Of a DNA stretch of 64,000 nucleotides, positions 1-12,168 are shown piece after piece (positions within the stretch are counted from its first letter, which is position 1; every line of letters starts with the position of its first letter). Source of the DNA: Chiloscyllium plagiosum (Eukaryota). A model generated the notes under the pieces. The model saw nothing but the letters and a program-made list of their open reading frames with translations. It ran no database searches and was not told the origin of the DNA. The translations under genes were made by a program, and so were the position numbers. Location: contig NC_057751.1 of NCBI RefSeq assembly GCF_004010195.1, forward strand, positions 15,793,677 through 15,857,676, written 5' to 3'.

Positions 1-165
1 GATCACTGCTCTGTGGTGCTATCGTAGCTGTCATCTACTAACAACCAGTGTGGGTCAGTTTTTTGGCAAACCCCTCCTCTCTTCTGGTTGACAAGTTTCA
101 GCTAATTTGGTCCCAAAGTACCGTTGAGCAAGTGACTGACCGCCTAACAGCACCGGGAAACATAC

Positions 166-333
166 CAAAGAGCCTTCCAGCCTGAAAATGGCCGCCGGGC
201 CCATCTGCTCCTTGGGGATTAGTCGTCTTCTCCAGCGCCTGCGGCGGTAAATGTCTCCCTTGTTCTGTTTTATGTGGAACTTCCAGCCAAACAGAGGGGC
301 GTACTCCCAGCCATCCTGATCAATCTCTTCTCT
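166..333 (-). CDS. Ferlin exon 30 equivalent (outer DysF C)
   Basis: 168 nt; REEIDQDGWEYAPLFGWKFHIKQNKGDIYRRRRWRRRLIPKEQMGPAAIFRLEGSL. Confidence 0.96.
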
Positions 334-1208
334 CTGTGTGAGGAACATCAGATCGTAAATTGGAACGCCAATGTTTCAAATAGTCATGGTGCGGCCCTGG
401 GAATGCTCCTAAAAGGAAGCCCCTGACTGGTTGCACACGTCCTCACTCGATGTGAAGGCTTGAGGGTGCACTGTTTTGATCAAGTGAGAGCAATCACGAT
501 CTTAAAGTTAGAGTCAGGACACTTAGAAGTGAAATGAGAATGTTTTAAGGAGGGAATTCCAGAACTTGGAGTCCAGGGGACTGACAGCACAGCTGTCAAT
601 GGTATGATTAAAGTCAGGATCGCTCCAGAGGCCATGAATGCAGATAAATGGAGAGGAGTGTAAGGTCGGGAAGATTACAGAGCTCGGGAGGGAATGAGGC
701 CTCAGAGGAATTTGAGAATTTTAAGATCGAGGTGTCGTTGACGAGGAGCTTAGGGCAGGGGATGACAGGGGAAGTGGACTTGAACATCGAAAGACAGGCC
801 ACAGAATTTTGAGTGACCTCGACAGAGTGTGGGAGACCAGGCAGGTGTGTTTTGGAATAGTCAAGTCAAGAGGGAATGGAGGCAGGGATGAGGGTTTTAG
901 TCACAGGTGAGTTGGTGTTATGTGGGAAAGGCAGCAGCTAACGAAAGTACAGCAACCTCCCATCAACGATGACATGATGACGACAAGGTGAGCTGGTTTA
1001 TTTGGGGAAAATAACCACCGACGGGACACCAGGGACAAGTCCCCTGCTCTTTCTGAAAATAAGCCAAGGGTCCCTCAACGTCCACCCGAGGTAGGGGGAA
1101 ATGGTTTAAAGTTTCAAACGGCAGATGGGTTCCTCCAATATAACCGCTGGAACCCACTTCCCCCCCATCCCCACGAACGTGGCACGTACCAATACTGTGA
1201 CAGCTCAC

Positions 1209-1348
1209 CTTCATCTGGCGAGAGCGATCAGGCTTCCTCATGCGCTCGCGCTTCCACCGTCGTCGCCGGTTTGTGTGGTAGGCTTTCTCCGTGGGGTTCC
1301 AGTGCCTTGGCATCGTCTCTGGTGGAACAGCCTTTCCATACTCCCATC
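1209..1348 (-). CDS. Ferlin exon 29 equivalent (inner DysF C)
   Basis: 140 nt; WEYGKAVPPETMPRHWNPTEKAYHTNRRRRWKRERMRKPDRSRQMK. Confidence 0.96.
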
Positions 1349-1754
1349 CTGCAAAATGGAGCAGAGGGCACGTTGTGGTAACAACCACCAAATCGCCTTG
1401 GCCCCCCAAGGTGAGGAATCAGCAACCGGAGAGGGGCGGTGTCAAAGGGACTCACACCACAGACTTGGTGAGGGCCCCTGGAGTTGTAGACACTGCTGTA
1501 GTGTTGGGCACAGACGGCTCCAACACGCAGCAGGTATATATGACCAGGTAGGCTGCTTCACTGACCAGCATGGTGGGATAAATATTGGCCTCTCTTTGAA
1601 ATAGTGCAGACACTGCTTTTACACTCACTTCACTTCTTTATATGAAAATTGACACCCTCAACTGGGCCATCGACTTTCACTGTTGTCTGACAGTGCAATG
1701 CTTCGTCAGTGCAGTTGCTCAGGATGCGCTGCACTGCAGCAACACAGACACACA

Positions 1755-2272
1755 GACAGTGCGGCGCTCCCTCAGTACTGACCCTCCAACAGTGCGCCGC
1801 TGCCCCAGTACTGATGTTCCAACAGTGTGGCACTCCCTCAGCACTGACGCTCTGACAATGTGGCACTCCCTCAGCACTGACCCTCTGACAGTGCGGCACT
1901 CCCTCAGTACTGACCCTCTGACAATGTGGCACTGCCTCAGCACTGACCCTCCGACAGTGCAGTACTGCCTCAGCACTGACCCTCTGACAATGTGGCACTC
2001 TCTCAGCACTGACCCTCCGACAACGTGGCACTCTCTCAGTACTGACCCTCCGACAGTGCTGCACTCCTTAGTACTGACCCTCTGACAGTGCGGCACTCCC
2101 TCAGTACTGACCCTTTGACAATGTGGCACTCCCTCAGCACTGAGCCTCCGACAGTGCGGCACTCCCGCAGCACTGACCCTGTGACAGTGCAGCACTGACC
2201 CTGTGACAGTGCAGCACTGACCCTGTGACAGTGCAGCACTCCTTTAGTCCTGACTCTCCGACAGTGCACTGT
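1755..2272. repeat. 33-bp minisatellite (ACAGTGYGGCACTCCCTCAGYACTGACCCTCYG), with a few 22-bp deletion units at the right end
   Basis: Direct tandem repeats; they give an 11-aa periodicity in the spurious ORFs at 1630-2317. Confidence 0.95.
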
Positions 2273-2636
2273 TGCCTCAGTGTTGAAATGGAATGCCTTC
2301 CTGGACCCTGTGTTCATTTATGTGTGTTAGAACATACACATGCAATGTCCTAAATCAGAGCTGAAGTCTCATGCACAGAACAAAGATGACAATTTTGGCA
2401 TGCAGTAATGAGGAAGAGCATATGGGATGGGGTTCTTGAAGCCTTGAAGGACTGAGAGAGAAGGGCAGTTGAGCACTCAGTTTCCTGACCTTGATAAATA
2501 ACACTGAAAACTGGGTTGAGGTAACAGGAGCCAGATTCATCGATAATCCAGAAAGGATCAACTTTAACAAAAGAAGGTAGTTACAGTTCAATAGTGCCAA
2601 GTCTTTGGCCAGTCCCACTGGCACATGCCTACTTAC

Positions 2637-2739
2637 CATGTTCATCCACTGCCCGATAAAGATCTGCTATCCAGTCCTCCTTCCATTCCCACCCAACAGG
2701 GCATTCAATCTCTTCCACTGGCAAGTGTCTATTCCCTTT
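2637..2739 (-). CDS. Ferlin exon 28 equivalent (inner DysF)
   Basis: 103 nt; KGNRHLPVEEIECPVGWEWKEDWIADLYRAVDEH(G). Confidence 0.96.
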
Positions 2740-2777
2740 CTGAAATCCAAAAGAAAAAACATTGGGTGGACTTGCCA

Positions 2778-2985
2778 GGAGAAAGTGAGGACTGCAGATG
2801 CTGGAGATCAGAGTTGAGAGTATGGTGCTGGAAAAGCACAGCAGGTCAGGCAGCATCTGAGGAGCAGGAGAATCGACGTTTCGGGCATAAGCTCTTCATT
2901 AGGAATGAGGCCTCATTCTGAAACGTCAATTCTCCTGCTCCTCGGATGCTGCCTGGCCTGCTGTGCTTTTCCAGCACTCACTCTC
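2778..2985. mobile_element. Penelope-derived fold-back element (family A)
   Basis: GAGAAAGTGAGGACTGCAGATGCTGG start, inverted arms, mutated hammerhead core (CTAATGA) on minus. Confidence 0.8.
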
Positions 2986-3036
2986 TGGACACAAGAGCAT
3001 TTGCATCAAACTCTTCTCAAGCAACTGTGATCAAAA

Positions 3037-3350
3037 CGGCACGGTGGCTCAGTGGTTAGCACTGCTGCCTCACAGCACAGGGTCCCAGGTTCAATTTCCC
3101 ACCTCGGGTGAGTGTCTGTGTGGAGTTTGCACATTCTCCCCGTGTCTGCGTGGATTTCCTCCGGGTGCTCCGGTTTCCTCCCACCGTCCAAAAATGTGCG
3201 GGTTAGGGTGAATTGGCCATGCTAAATTGCCCGTAGTGTTAGATGAAGGGGTAAATGTAGGATAATGGGTCTGGGTGGGTTGCACTTCGGCGGGTCGGTG
3301 TGGACTTGTTGGGCTGAAGGGCCTGTTTCCACACTGTAAGTAATCTAATT
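3037..3350 (+). mobile_element. tRNA-derived SINE
   Basis: A and B boxes and tail. Further copies at about 9081-9369(-), 11155-11490(-), 12735-13165(-), 21149-21445(+), 22423-22650(+), 25292-25603(-), 25777-26325(-), 50890-51140(-), 52217-52435(-), 56570-56830(-). Confidence 0.88.
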
Positions 3351-3609
3351 TAAACAAAAACTGTGTTCCCCATCTTGTACGTATCAACAGTAAAGCTCTG
3401 ATAAGGCCACAAGTGGAGCACAATGCCCAATTCTGATCTCTGCACTTCAGGAAGGACGTGAGAGTCCTCAACATGGTGCAGACGGGGATGGACCAGAATG
3501 GTTCCGGGGTGAATGATTTTTGCCACAGGCTTCTGTTGGAGAAGCCTGGGGTGTTGTCCTTGAAGTGAAGGCGATTGAGGGGGGATTTGGACAAGATTCT
3601 GACACGTTC

Positions 3610-4085
3610 AGATATTGAGTGATACAGCACAGAAACAGATCCTTCGGTCCAACCAGTCCAGGCTGACCATAATGCCAAACAAAGCTAGTCCCGTCTGCCT
3701 GCGCTTGGATCATGCCCCTCCAAACATGTCTTATTCCTGTACTTATCCAAATATGTTTTAAACGTTGTAAGTGTACCTGCATCCACCACTTCCTCTGGAA
3801 GTTCATTCCACACACAAATTACTCAGTGTGTAAAAAAGGTTGCCCCTCGTGTCCTTTTTCAAATCTTTCACCTTTCACCTCAAAAATATGCCACCTTGTC
3901 TTGAAATCCCTAACCAAAGGGACCACCCACCAAAACCTCTCAAAGGTGACGCCTCAACCTCCTGCATTCCAGTGAAAAAGTCCCAGTGTCTCCAGCCTCT
4001 CCTCATCACTCAAACCCTCATTCCCGGCAACATCCTAGTCAATCTTTTCTGCACCCTCTCCAGCATAATAATAGCCTTCCTTGAG
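3610..4085 (-). mobile_element. CR1 LINE 3' fragment
   Basis: ERVQKRLTRMLPG and CR1 3' UTR. Confidence 0.85.
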
Positions 4086-4292
4086 CAGGTGGGAGGCGGA
4101 GAAGTATTGTTCCCATCACGTGATGATGCAGAGCTTATTTGGGAGACATGGATTTCATATTTTGGGCAAGAGATAGAAGGGGAGGACGTACGATCAAACT
4201 TTTTTCCACAGCGAGTGGTAATGAGCTGGAACTCACAGCCCATGAGCAAGGAGGAAGCAGAGATAATGAATGACTCCAACATAAAATCAGAC

Positions 4293-4446
4293 TTAAAAAT
4301 CACACAACACCAGGTTATAGTCCAATAGGTTTAATTGGAAGCACTAGCTTTCAGAGTGCTTCCAATGAAACCTGTTGGACTATAATCTGGTGTTGTGTGA
4401 TTTTTATCTTTGTGCACCCCAGTCCAACACCGGCACCTCCAAATCA
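4293..4446. mobile_element. Penelope-derived fold-back element (family B) with TSD
   Basis: Inverted copies of the tail seen at 61048-61146; CATAAAATCAGAC repeated at 4280-4292 and 4445-4457. Confidence 0.85.
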
Positions 4447-4711
4447 TAAAATCAGACAGGTGCTTGAGGGAAATAAACTGCAGGGAGGAGTAGGGCAATG
4501 GGACTGACTGGATTTCTGTTCCGGACTGACAATATGACCCTCTGCCCTTTTTTAGCTCCACGAGCTGGACTGAAGTCCGGCCCAATTATAGGAACTATGA
4601 GTCTTTTCTTTCTCGCAATCATCAAGAGTCCACCACAAGGTGCTTGCCTGTGCCATGTTTAACTCCTGCGGACATTTCGGTCAGATTTCTCAGAAGGAGT
4701 GAAACACCTAC

Positions 4712-4826
4712 TTTGTCTGTCCACTGTTCCAAGGCTGGGCTCCATTCCCCTCCAGCCAAATGGGTTTCATTCTCGTAAACTTCGTCAGTGAATTCATTGT
4801 GGCCTGCATCAGCGTCAAACAACAAA
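4712..4826 (-). CDS. Ferlin exon 27 equivalent (inner DysF)
   Basis: 115 nt; LLFDADAGHNEFTDEVYENETHLAGGEWSPALEQWTDK. Confidence 0.96.
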
Positions 4827-5019
4827 CTGTAAAAGAGAGGGAGAAACAGAATTGGACAAAAATGTCCATGGAAATGCAGAGACAGTGACCCATCCTCAAC
4901 TCGACCCTTTCCAAATTCCTCTGTCACTCCTCCTCCGTCCTCAACCTCAAATGCATGCAACGCACTCCCCATCCCTCCCTCAATCATTCCTTGTCGCTCT
5001 GTCTGGTCGACAGCGCGTC

Positions 5020-5200
5020 CTTGGCTTGCGAGGGAGCACTGAGTCAGAAAGGTCATGGGTTCACGTCCCATTCCAGGATGTGAGGGTGTGCTTCAGACTG
5101 ACGCCCCACTGCGGCATCGAGGGAGCACTGCTGTGTGGGAGACGCCGTCTTTCGGGGTGAGGTGCCCGCTGACGGCCCAAACAAACCCTTGTCCCGTGAA
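5020..5200 (+). mobile_element. Ancient tRNA-headed SINE (DeuSINE/SacSINE1-like), degraded
   Basis: GAGTCAGAAAGGTCATGGGTTCACGTCCC...GAGGGAGCACTGCTGTGTGGGAGACGCCGTCTTTCGG; related minus-strand copies at about 16200-16610 and 30440-30650. The family was recognised from memory only. Confidence 0.5.
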
Positions 5201-5288
5201 CACAAGTAAAAAGGTGTGCATGATGATCAATCGCAATGCTTTGGAAGACCCCCTCCCCCCACTGCAAGAAGGCAGGAAGCAAACTCAC

Positions 5289-5452
5289 CACCGCTCAGGG
5301 TCGATGGTCCATTTTCCGTCCCACTGCCAGCCCCGGAGAGGGTAGAAGTCCTTTCTCGACAGCCTTATTTTACCCGACGCATCGGAGAACGCTGGATGCT
5401 GCAGCAACCCACTGGTGCCCCAGTGGCCCATGACCCGCGCCTGGTTTTCATA
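5289..5452 (-). CDS. Ferlin exon 26 equivalent (outer DysF N)
   Basis: 164 nt; YENQARVMGHWGTSGLLQHPAFSDASGKIRLSRKDFYPLRGWQWDGKWTIDPER(C); donor gtgagt. Confidence 0.96.
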
Positions 5453-5464
5453 CTGCAAACAGAA

Positions 5465-5866
5465 CCACAAGAAGGCGTTTGGTATGCTTTCCTTTATCGG
5501 TCAGAGTATTGAGTCCAGGAGTTGGGAGGTCATGTTGCGGCTGTACAGGATATTGGATAGGCCACTGTTGGAATATTGCGTGCAATTCTGGTCTCCTTCC
5601 TATCGGAAAGATGTTGTGAAACTTGAAAGGGTTCAGAAAAGATTTACAAGGATGTTGCCAGGGTTNNNNNNNNNNNNNNNNNNNNNNNNNNNNNNNNNNN
5701 NNNNNNNNNNNNNNNNNNNNNNNNNNNNNNNNATGAATAGGAAGGGTTTGGAGGGATATGGGCTGGGTGCTGGCAGGTGGGACTAGATTGGGTTGGGATA
5801 TCTGGTCAGCATGGACGGGTTGGACCGAAGGGTCTGTTTCCGTGCTGCACACCTCTATGACTCTAA
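5465..5866 (+). mobile_element. CR1 LINE 3' fragment (spans a 67-N gap)
   Basis: KKAFGMLSFIGQSIE..RPLLEYCVQFWSP..RVQKRFTRMLPG, plus tail. Confidence 0.9.
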
Positions 5867-6944
5867 GTCATGACACATCGTACAGACAGCCCTGCCCAGC
5901 GTGGAACGGAGAGGCACGAGACCAGGAGGGGCTCGGCTTCACTGTGACCAGGACAAGGGAACGTGATATTCGCCGGAAGTGAGGAGGTTTCACCTACGGA
6001 AACATTGCCATAATGTAGCCTGCGACTGACACCACCCCCAGCCTTGCTCCTGCGAGACTCCACTCGTTCTTGCGAGCTTCCAGACACTCCCAGGAGCCTC
6101 CAGAAAACAGCCCTGAATTGCTAATGGGGCACTGCAGAGGACGAGAGATGGACTGGGCACGGGAAACTGCCAGGAATGAGCACCGAATCTCTCCAGACTC
6201 CCTCACAGCTCAGTGCGAGTTCCCCCTGACAATCAGGTGGCCTTGAACAAAGATCAGTACAGCACAGGCTCACCAAGTCTTTCGAAATTAAAAACCTTCT
6301 GCATCTACGCGGCCCGTATCCCTCTATCCCCTGTCTATTCACGTATCTGCCTCTTAGATGTTTCCATTGCATGCACCTCCAACATTTAAGAGGCATCTGG
6401 ATGGGTATATGAATAGAAAGGGTTTGGAGGGATATGGGACGGGTGCTGGTCGGTGGGACTAGATTGGGTTGGGATATCTGGGACAGCATGGACGGGTTGG
6501 ACCGAAGGGTCTGTTTCCGTGCTGTACATCTCTATGACTCTATAACCTCCTTTGGCAGTGTAATGCAGGCACTTACCATCCTCTGTTAAAAACAAAACCT
6601 GCCTCTCCCATCTCCTTTAAACCTCCAGATCGGGCAACACCTTGGTGAAATTTTTCTGTACCATCTCCAAAGCCTCCATATCTATCTGGCCGTGTGGTAA
6701 CCAGAACTGTCCGCAATAGTCCAGGTGCCACTTTCAGGGAGCTGTGCATCTGTACACGTCTATCCCTCTGTATTTTAATGCTTCTAAGGGTTCTGCCATT
6801 TACAATGTGCTGCTCTCCTGCACAAGACCTTCCAAAATACATCACCTCGCATTTGTTCGGATTAAATTCTGCCTTCCAAATCTTCTGCTCAAGTCTCCAG
6901 CCTATCGATATCCTGCTATAACCACAACCCCACTACAACAACAA

Positions 6945-7215
6945 CCACACCACCCTGTGGCCGACCACTTCAACTCCCCTCCTCCCACTCTGCCAAGGGC
7001 ATGCGAGTCCTGGGCCTCCTCCATCGCCAAATCCTAGCCACCCAACGCCAGGAGGAAGAACGTCTCACCTTCCGCGCTGGGACCCTCCAATCACACGGTA
7101 TCAATGTCGACTTCACTATTCTCCTGTTCCTTCGATACTGCCTGACCCTGCTGTACTTTTCCAGTGCCATACTTTTCGACTCTGATCTCCAGCATCTGCA
7201 GTCCTCACTTTCTCC
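6945..7215 (+). mobile_element. Penelope-like fragment: GIY-YIG C-terminus joined to the family-A tail
   Basis: HPVADHFNSP / MRVLGLLHRQILATQRQEEERLTFRAGTLQSHGINVDFT, then ATTCTCCTGTTCC...CAGTCCTCACTTTCTCC. Confidence 0.8.
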
Positions 7216-7287
7216 CATGTCCTGCTACACCCTCACTATCCGCAGCTCCCTCATCTGCAAACCTACTGATCAGACCACCTGCATTCT

Positions 7288-9020
7288 CATAGAATCACAC
7301 AGCAAGGAAGCAGACCCTTCGGCCCAACCAGTCTGTGCTGACCATAATCCCAAACTAAACTAGTCCCACCTGCCTGCTCCTGGCCCATATTCCTCCAAAC
7401 CTTTCCTGTTCATGGACTTATCCAAATGTCTTTGAAACATTATACATCTACCACTTCATCAGGAAGTTCATACCACACATGAACTCAGATTTGCCCCACT
7501 GTCTTTTTAAAATCTGTCTCCTTTCACCTTAAAAATGTGACCCTTTGTCTTGAAATCCCCCATTCTCAGGAAAAGACAACAACAATGAACTCTATCTATA
7601 CCTTTCATTTTACAAACTTCCATAAAGTTGCCTCTCAACCTTCTACACTCTAATGAGAAATGTCCCAGCCTATCCAGCCTCTTTTCAGAACTCAAAGCTT
7701 CCATACCAGGCAACGCCCTGGTAAATCTCTTCTGAACCCTCTCCAGCTTAATAATATCCTTCCTATAACTGGGCGACTAGAACTGGATACAGTGCTCCAA
7801 AAGAGGCCTCACCAATGTCCTGTACAACCTCAACATGACGTCCCAACTGCTACACTCAAAGGACTGAGCAATGAAGGCAGGCGTGCCAAAAGCCTGTCTA
7901 CATGTGACGCAAACTTCAACCTCCAAAGTCAATGATACATATCACTAACAGCAGGGGTCCCAGCACTGAGCCCAGTGGAACACCACTGGTCACAGATATC
8001 CAGTCAGAAAAACACACTTGAACTGCTACTCTCTGTCTTCTATATATGCCAGCTGTGTATCCATCTCACCAGCTCACTGCAGATCTCATATGACTTCACT
8101 TTTTGTGGATCAGCCTGCCATAATGGACCCTATCGAAGGCCTTGTTAACATCCAGGGAGACAATACCCACTGCCCTGCCCTCATCAATCATCTTTGTCAC
8201 TTCCTCAAAAACTTCAATCAAGTTTGTGAGACATGACCTCCCCTGCATGAAGCCATGCTTCCGATCATTAGTAATTCCACGTTTTTCCAAATGTCAGTAA
8301 ATCCTGTCCCTAAAATTCTTCTCCAATAATTTCCCTACCATCGGCCTGTAACTTCCCGGATTATCACCATTGCCACACTGAAACAAAACAGCAACGTTGG
8401 CTGTTGTCCAATCCTCTGGGACCTCTCCTGTAACGAAAGCGGATGCAAACCTTTCAGACAATGCCCCCAGCCATTTCTTCCTTCATCTCCCTCAGTATTC
8501 TGAGACAGAGCCACTCGAGTCCTGGGGACATGTTTGCCTTATTGCTTTTCACAACTCCCAACACCTCTTCCTTTTCTACATCAACATGTCCTAGAATATC
8601 AACATATATCTCTTGAGACTCATCATCTGGAATACTGCTGCAAAGTATTTGTTAAGGACCTCACCAACGTCCTCCTACTCTACACACAGAATTTCCTCCT
8701 TGCCTGCACCTACCCTTTCCCGAGCTACTCTCTTGCTCCTTATATACATATAAACTGCCTTTGGATTTTTGTTAATCCTGCTTGCCAAGAACATTTCATG
8801 GTCCCTTTTAGCCTCCCTAACTCCTCGTTTAAGTTCTTTGCTGGGTTTTTAAAAATATTCTTCAAGGGCTCTGTCCATCTTCAGTTTCCTCAACCTTATG
8901 TAACCCTCCTTTTCCTTTTTTGGACTAAGTTCAAAATTTCTCAGTATCCAAGGTTCCCAAATCTTGCCATCCTTACTCTTCATTGTCACAGGAACAGGCT
9001 CATCCTGAACTTCATTCAAC
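7288..9020 (-). mobile_element. CR1 LINE fragments
   Basis: HGFMQGRSCLTNLIEVFEEVTK, KAFDRVH, and the CR1 3' tail. Confidence 0.85.
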
Positions 9021-9579
9021 TGGCATGGGTTTCCTCCCCAATCCAAAGATGTACAGATTACGTGGACTGGTCATGTTCAATTAGATTAGTTGATTAGATT
9101 CCCTACAGTGTAGAAAGAGGCCCTTCAGCCCAACAGTCCACACCGACCCTCCGAGGAGTAACCCACTTGGAGCCATTCCCAGAATAACGCACCTAACACT
9201 ATGGGCAATTTCGCACAGCCAATTCACCTGACCTGCACATCTTTGGAGTGTGGGAGGAAACCGGAGCACCCAAGGGGAACGTGCAAACTTCACACAGACA
9301 GTCGCCCAAGGCTGGAATCGAACCTGGGTGCTATGAGACAGCAGTGCTTACCACTGAGCCACCATGCTGTCCAGAGATGTGCAGGCTAGGTGGGTTGGCC
9401 ATGGGAAATGCAGGGTTATTGGGTGGGGGGGGAGTGGATATGAATGGGCTGCTCTTTGGAGGGTCCGACGGGCTGAATGGCCTGTTTCCACACCGTAGGG
9501 ATTCTATGATTCTATGAAATGCACTGCAAAGATAAATAAATGCAAAATACCAACAGCAACCCAGGACTGCAAGACTCAC

Positions 9580-9711
9580 TCTTTCTGCAGCGACTAAAAT
9601 TTTCCCATCGATGTACTTTTCAAACTCCTCTTCGTCAGTAGACAGGCCCATCCAGATCCGCACTCGGAGCTGAGCGACAGTCCTCTGGTTTTGGGACTTG
9701 TCCAGTGGTTG
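9580..9711 (-). CDS. Ferlin exon 25 equivalent (FerB end)
   Basis: 132 nt; QPLDKSQNQRTVAQLRVRIWMGLSTDEEEFEKYIDGKILVAAER. Confidence 0.95.
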
Positions 9712-10310
9712 CTGTGAACATCGGTGTGAGAAATGACGTTACTCATCATTGGAAAGCATCAGGTGGCCTGACAGGCAACTCAGTGCTTCACAGACAAGAA
9801 CAACCAACCTCACGTTCCCTTGCCTCACTAACTTTAACTCCGCTGCACATATTCAAATAACCAAAGAGGAATATACAAACAGAAAGTGTTTCGAGGGATA
9901 AGGTCCGGGTGCTGGCAGGTGGGATCAGATTGGGTTGGGATATCTGGGTTGGCATGGACGGGTTGGACCGAATGGTCTGTTTCCCTGCTGGACATCTCTA
10001 TGACTCGATAAATTTGAATCATACTCAGAAAATATCCTCTGGATGGTAATCCAACAGTCAAAACATACATGCAACTGTTCCATACGTTAAACATTGTCAA
10101 CCAGAAGGGAGTTTCGAAAGCTTAATGGCTTCATGGACTTCATCTCTCTCATGGGACTTTCCATTGTGATACTTTGAAAGGGAATGGAATATAAAAGTAG
10201 GGAAGTCTTGCTCAAACTGTACAAGGCTCTCATCAGACACCACAGCTGGAACACTGCAAACAGTCTTAGGGCCATATATCTAAGGGAAGATCCATTACCA
10301 TTGGAGGCAG

Positions 10311-10810
10311 NNNNNNNNNNNNNNNNNNNNNNNNNNNNNNNNNNNNNNNNNNNNNNNNNNNNNNNNNNNNNNNNNNNNNNNNNNNNNNNNNNNNNNNNNN
10401 NNNNNNNNNNNNNNNNNNNNNNNNNNNNNNNNNNNNNNNNNNNNNNNNNNNNNNNNNNNNNNNNNNNNNNNNNNNNNNNNNNNNNNNNNNNNNNNNNNNN
10501 NNNNNNNNNNNNNNNNNNNNNNNNNNNNNNNNNNNNNNNNNNNNNNNNNNNNNNNNNNNNNNNNNNNNNNNNNNNNNNNNNNNNNNNNNNNNNNNNNNNN
10601 NNNNNNNNNNNNNNNNNNNNNNNNNNNNNNNNNNNNNNNNNNNNNNNNNNNNNNNNNNNNNNNNNNNNNNNNNNNNNNNNNNNNNNNNNNNNNNNNNNNN
10701 NNNNNNNNNNNNNNNNNNNNNNNNNNNNNNNNNNNNNNNNNNNNNNNNNNNNNNNNNNNNNNNNNNNNNNNNNNNNNNNNNNNNNNNNNNNNNNNNNNNN
10801 NNNNNNNNNN
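10311..10810. other. Assembly gap, exactly 500 N
   Basis: N run; left boundary of the inverted block. Confidence 1.
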
Positions 10811-12168
10811 ACTCCTGCACCTATTGTCTATTGTCTATTATCTTCCAGCCTTCTGAACACACTGTTGTCTTCAGCAATTCTTAACCACAATCTCTGCCCC
10901 CATTTTGTTTGCTTGTTTTGGGACTTTTCTTATTTTCTTTTCCTTCTTTTAATCAGCAGCGCACCTCCGCGAGACATACTTTGTTTATTATTCTGACCCC
11001 GTCTCCATTCATGATGGCTCTGGAAGACCTACTGTTCAGTTGTTCAGTCTGTCCTGTTTTCCACCTTATCACCAATTTTCCCTTTTTGTCCTTGTCACAC
11101 TCAACCCCGGCTCAAACTGATTGCTGTTTCTTTTAAAATCTTTCCCAGTCCTGGGAATCATCGAATCCCAGCAGTGTGGAAGCAGGCCAATTGGCATCAA
11201 GTTCACACTGACCCGCCGAAGTGCATCCCACCCAGGCCAACCTCCCTATCGCTGTAACGCTGCATTTCCCAGAGCCAATCCACCCAGCCTGCACGTCCCT
11301 GGACACTGTGGGCAATGCAGCATGGCCAATCCATGCTAACCCGCACATCTTTGGACTGTGGGGGGAAACCAGAGCACCCAGAGGAAACCCACACAGACAC
11401 TGGGAGAATGTGCAAACTCCACACACACAGAATCGAACCTGAATCCCTAGCATGGTGAGGGAGCAGTGCTAACCACTGTGCTGCCATTGGGCCTGAAAGG
11501 TTAACTGTTTCACTCTCAACAGAGAATATTTCCAGCACTTCTGCTTTTTATTTCTGCAGTCCACAAATGCAGCCTCACACCAACGACAGAGGTTGCACCC
11601 TACTGGAGCTTGGTTCACCATTCCTCCATCTCGTACTCTCAGAGACATGTACGGCACAGACAGTGGTCATTCAGCCCACAGTGTCCGCAACAGTCAGCAG
11701 AAATCTGACTACACTAATCTCTTCGTTCCACCTCTTGGCCCGTGGTCCTAGAGGCTGTGACAAGTTGAATGCCTGGATACTGCTAAATATTACAAGTGGT
11801 TCCGACTCAGCCACCAAGTGTGTTCCAGGCTCCCTCCACCGTCTGGGTGGAAAAAAAATTCTCTTCCTCAACTCTCCAATTTGTCTCCTGCCTCTTAGCT
11901 TAAATCTATCCTCCTAGTTGTTGTCCCCAATACTGATGGGAAGTGTGCCTTCCCATCCATGCTACCAATGCCAATCAAAACTGTACAAACCTCTATCAGG
12001 TCCCCTCTCGATCTTTGCTGCTCAAAATAGCGTCAGTCTACCCAATTATTCCTCATAGCTCGGACCTTGCAGCCCAGGCCACATCCTGGTAAACCTTCTG
12101 TGCACCCAGTGTAAACGCATGTTCCTGGTCATGCGATGAATAGACGTGCACTCAATACTTCACTGGTT

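Noticed and set aside
1630..2317. Cys/His-rich repetitive ORFs on both strands
   Set aside because: Translations of the 33-bp minisatellite; open in several frames, with no splice or domain support.
10184..10996. Long ORFs of 270 and 184 aa (also 29200-30026 and 60617-61181)
   Set aside because: Their length comes from N runs.
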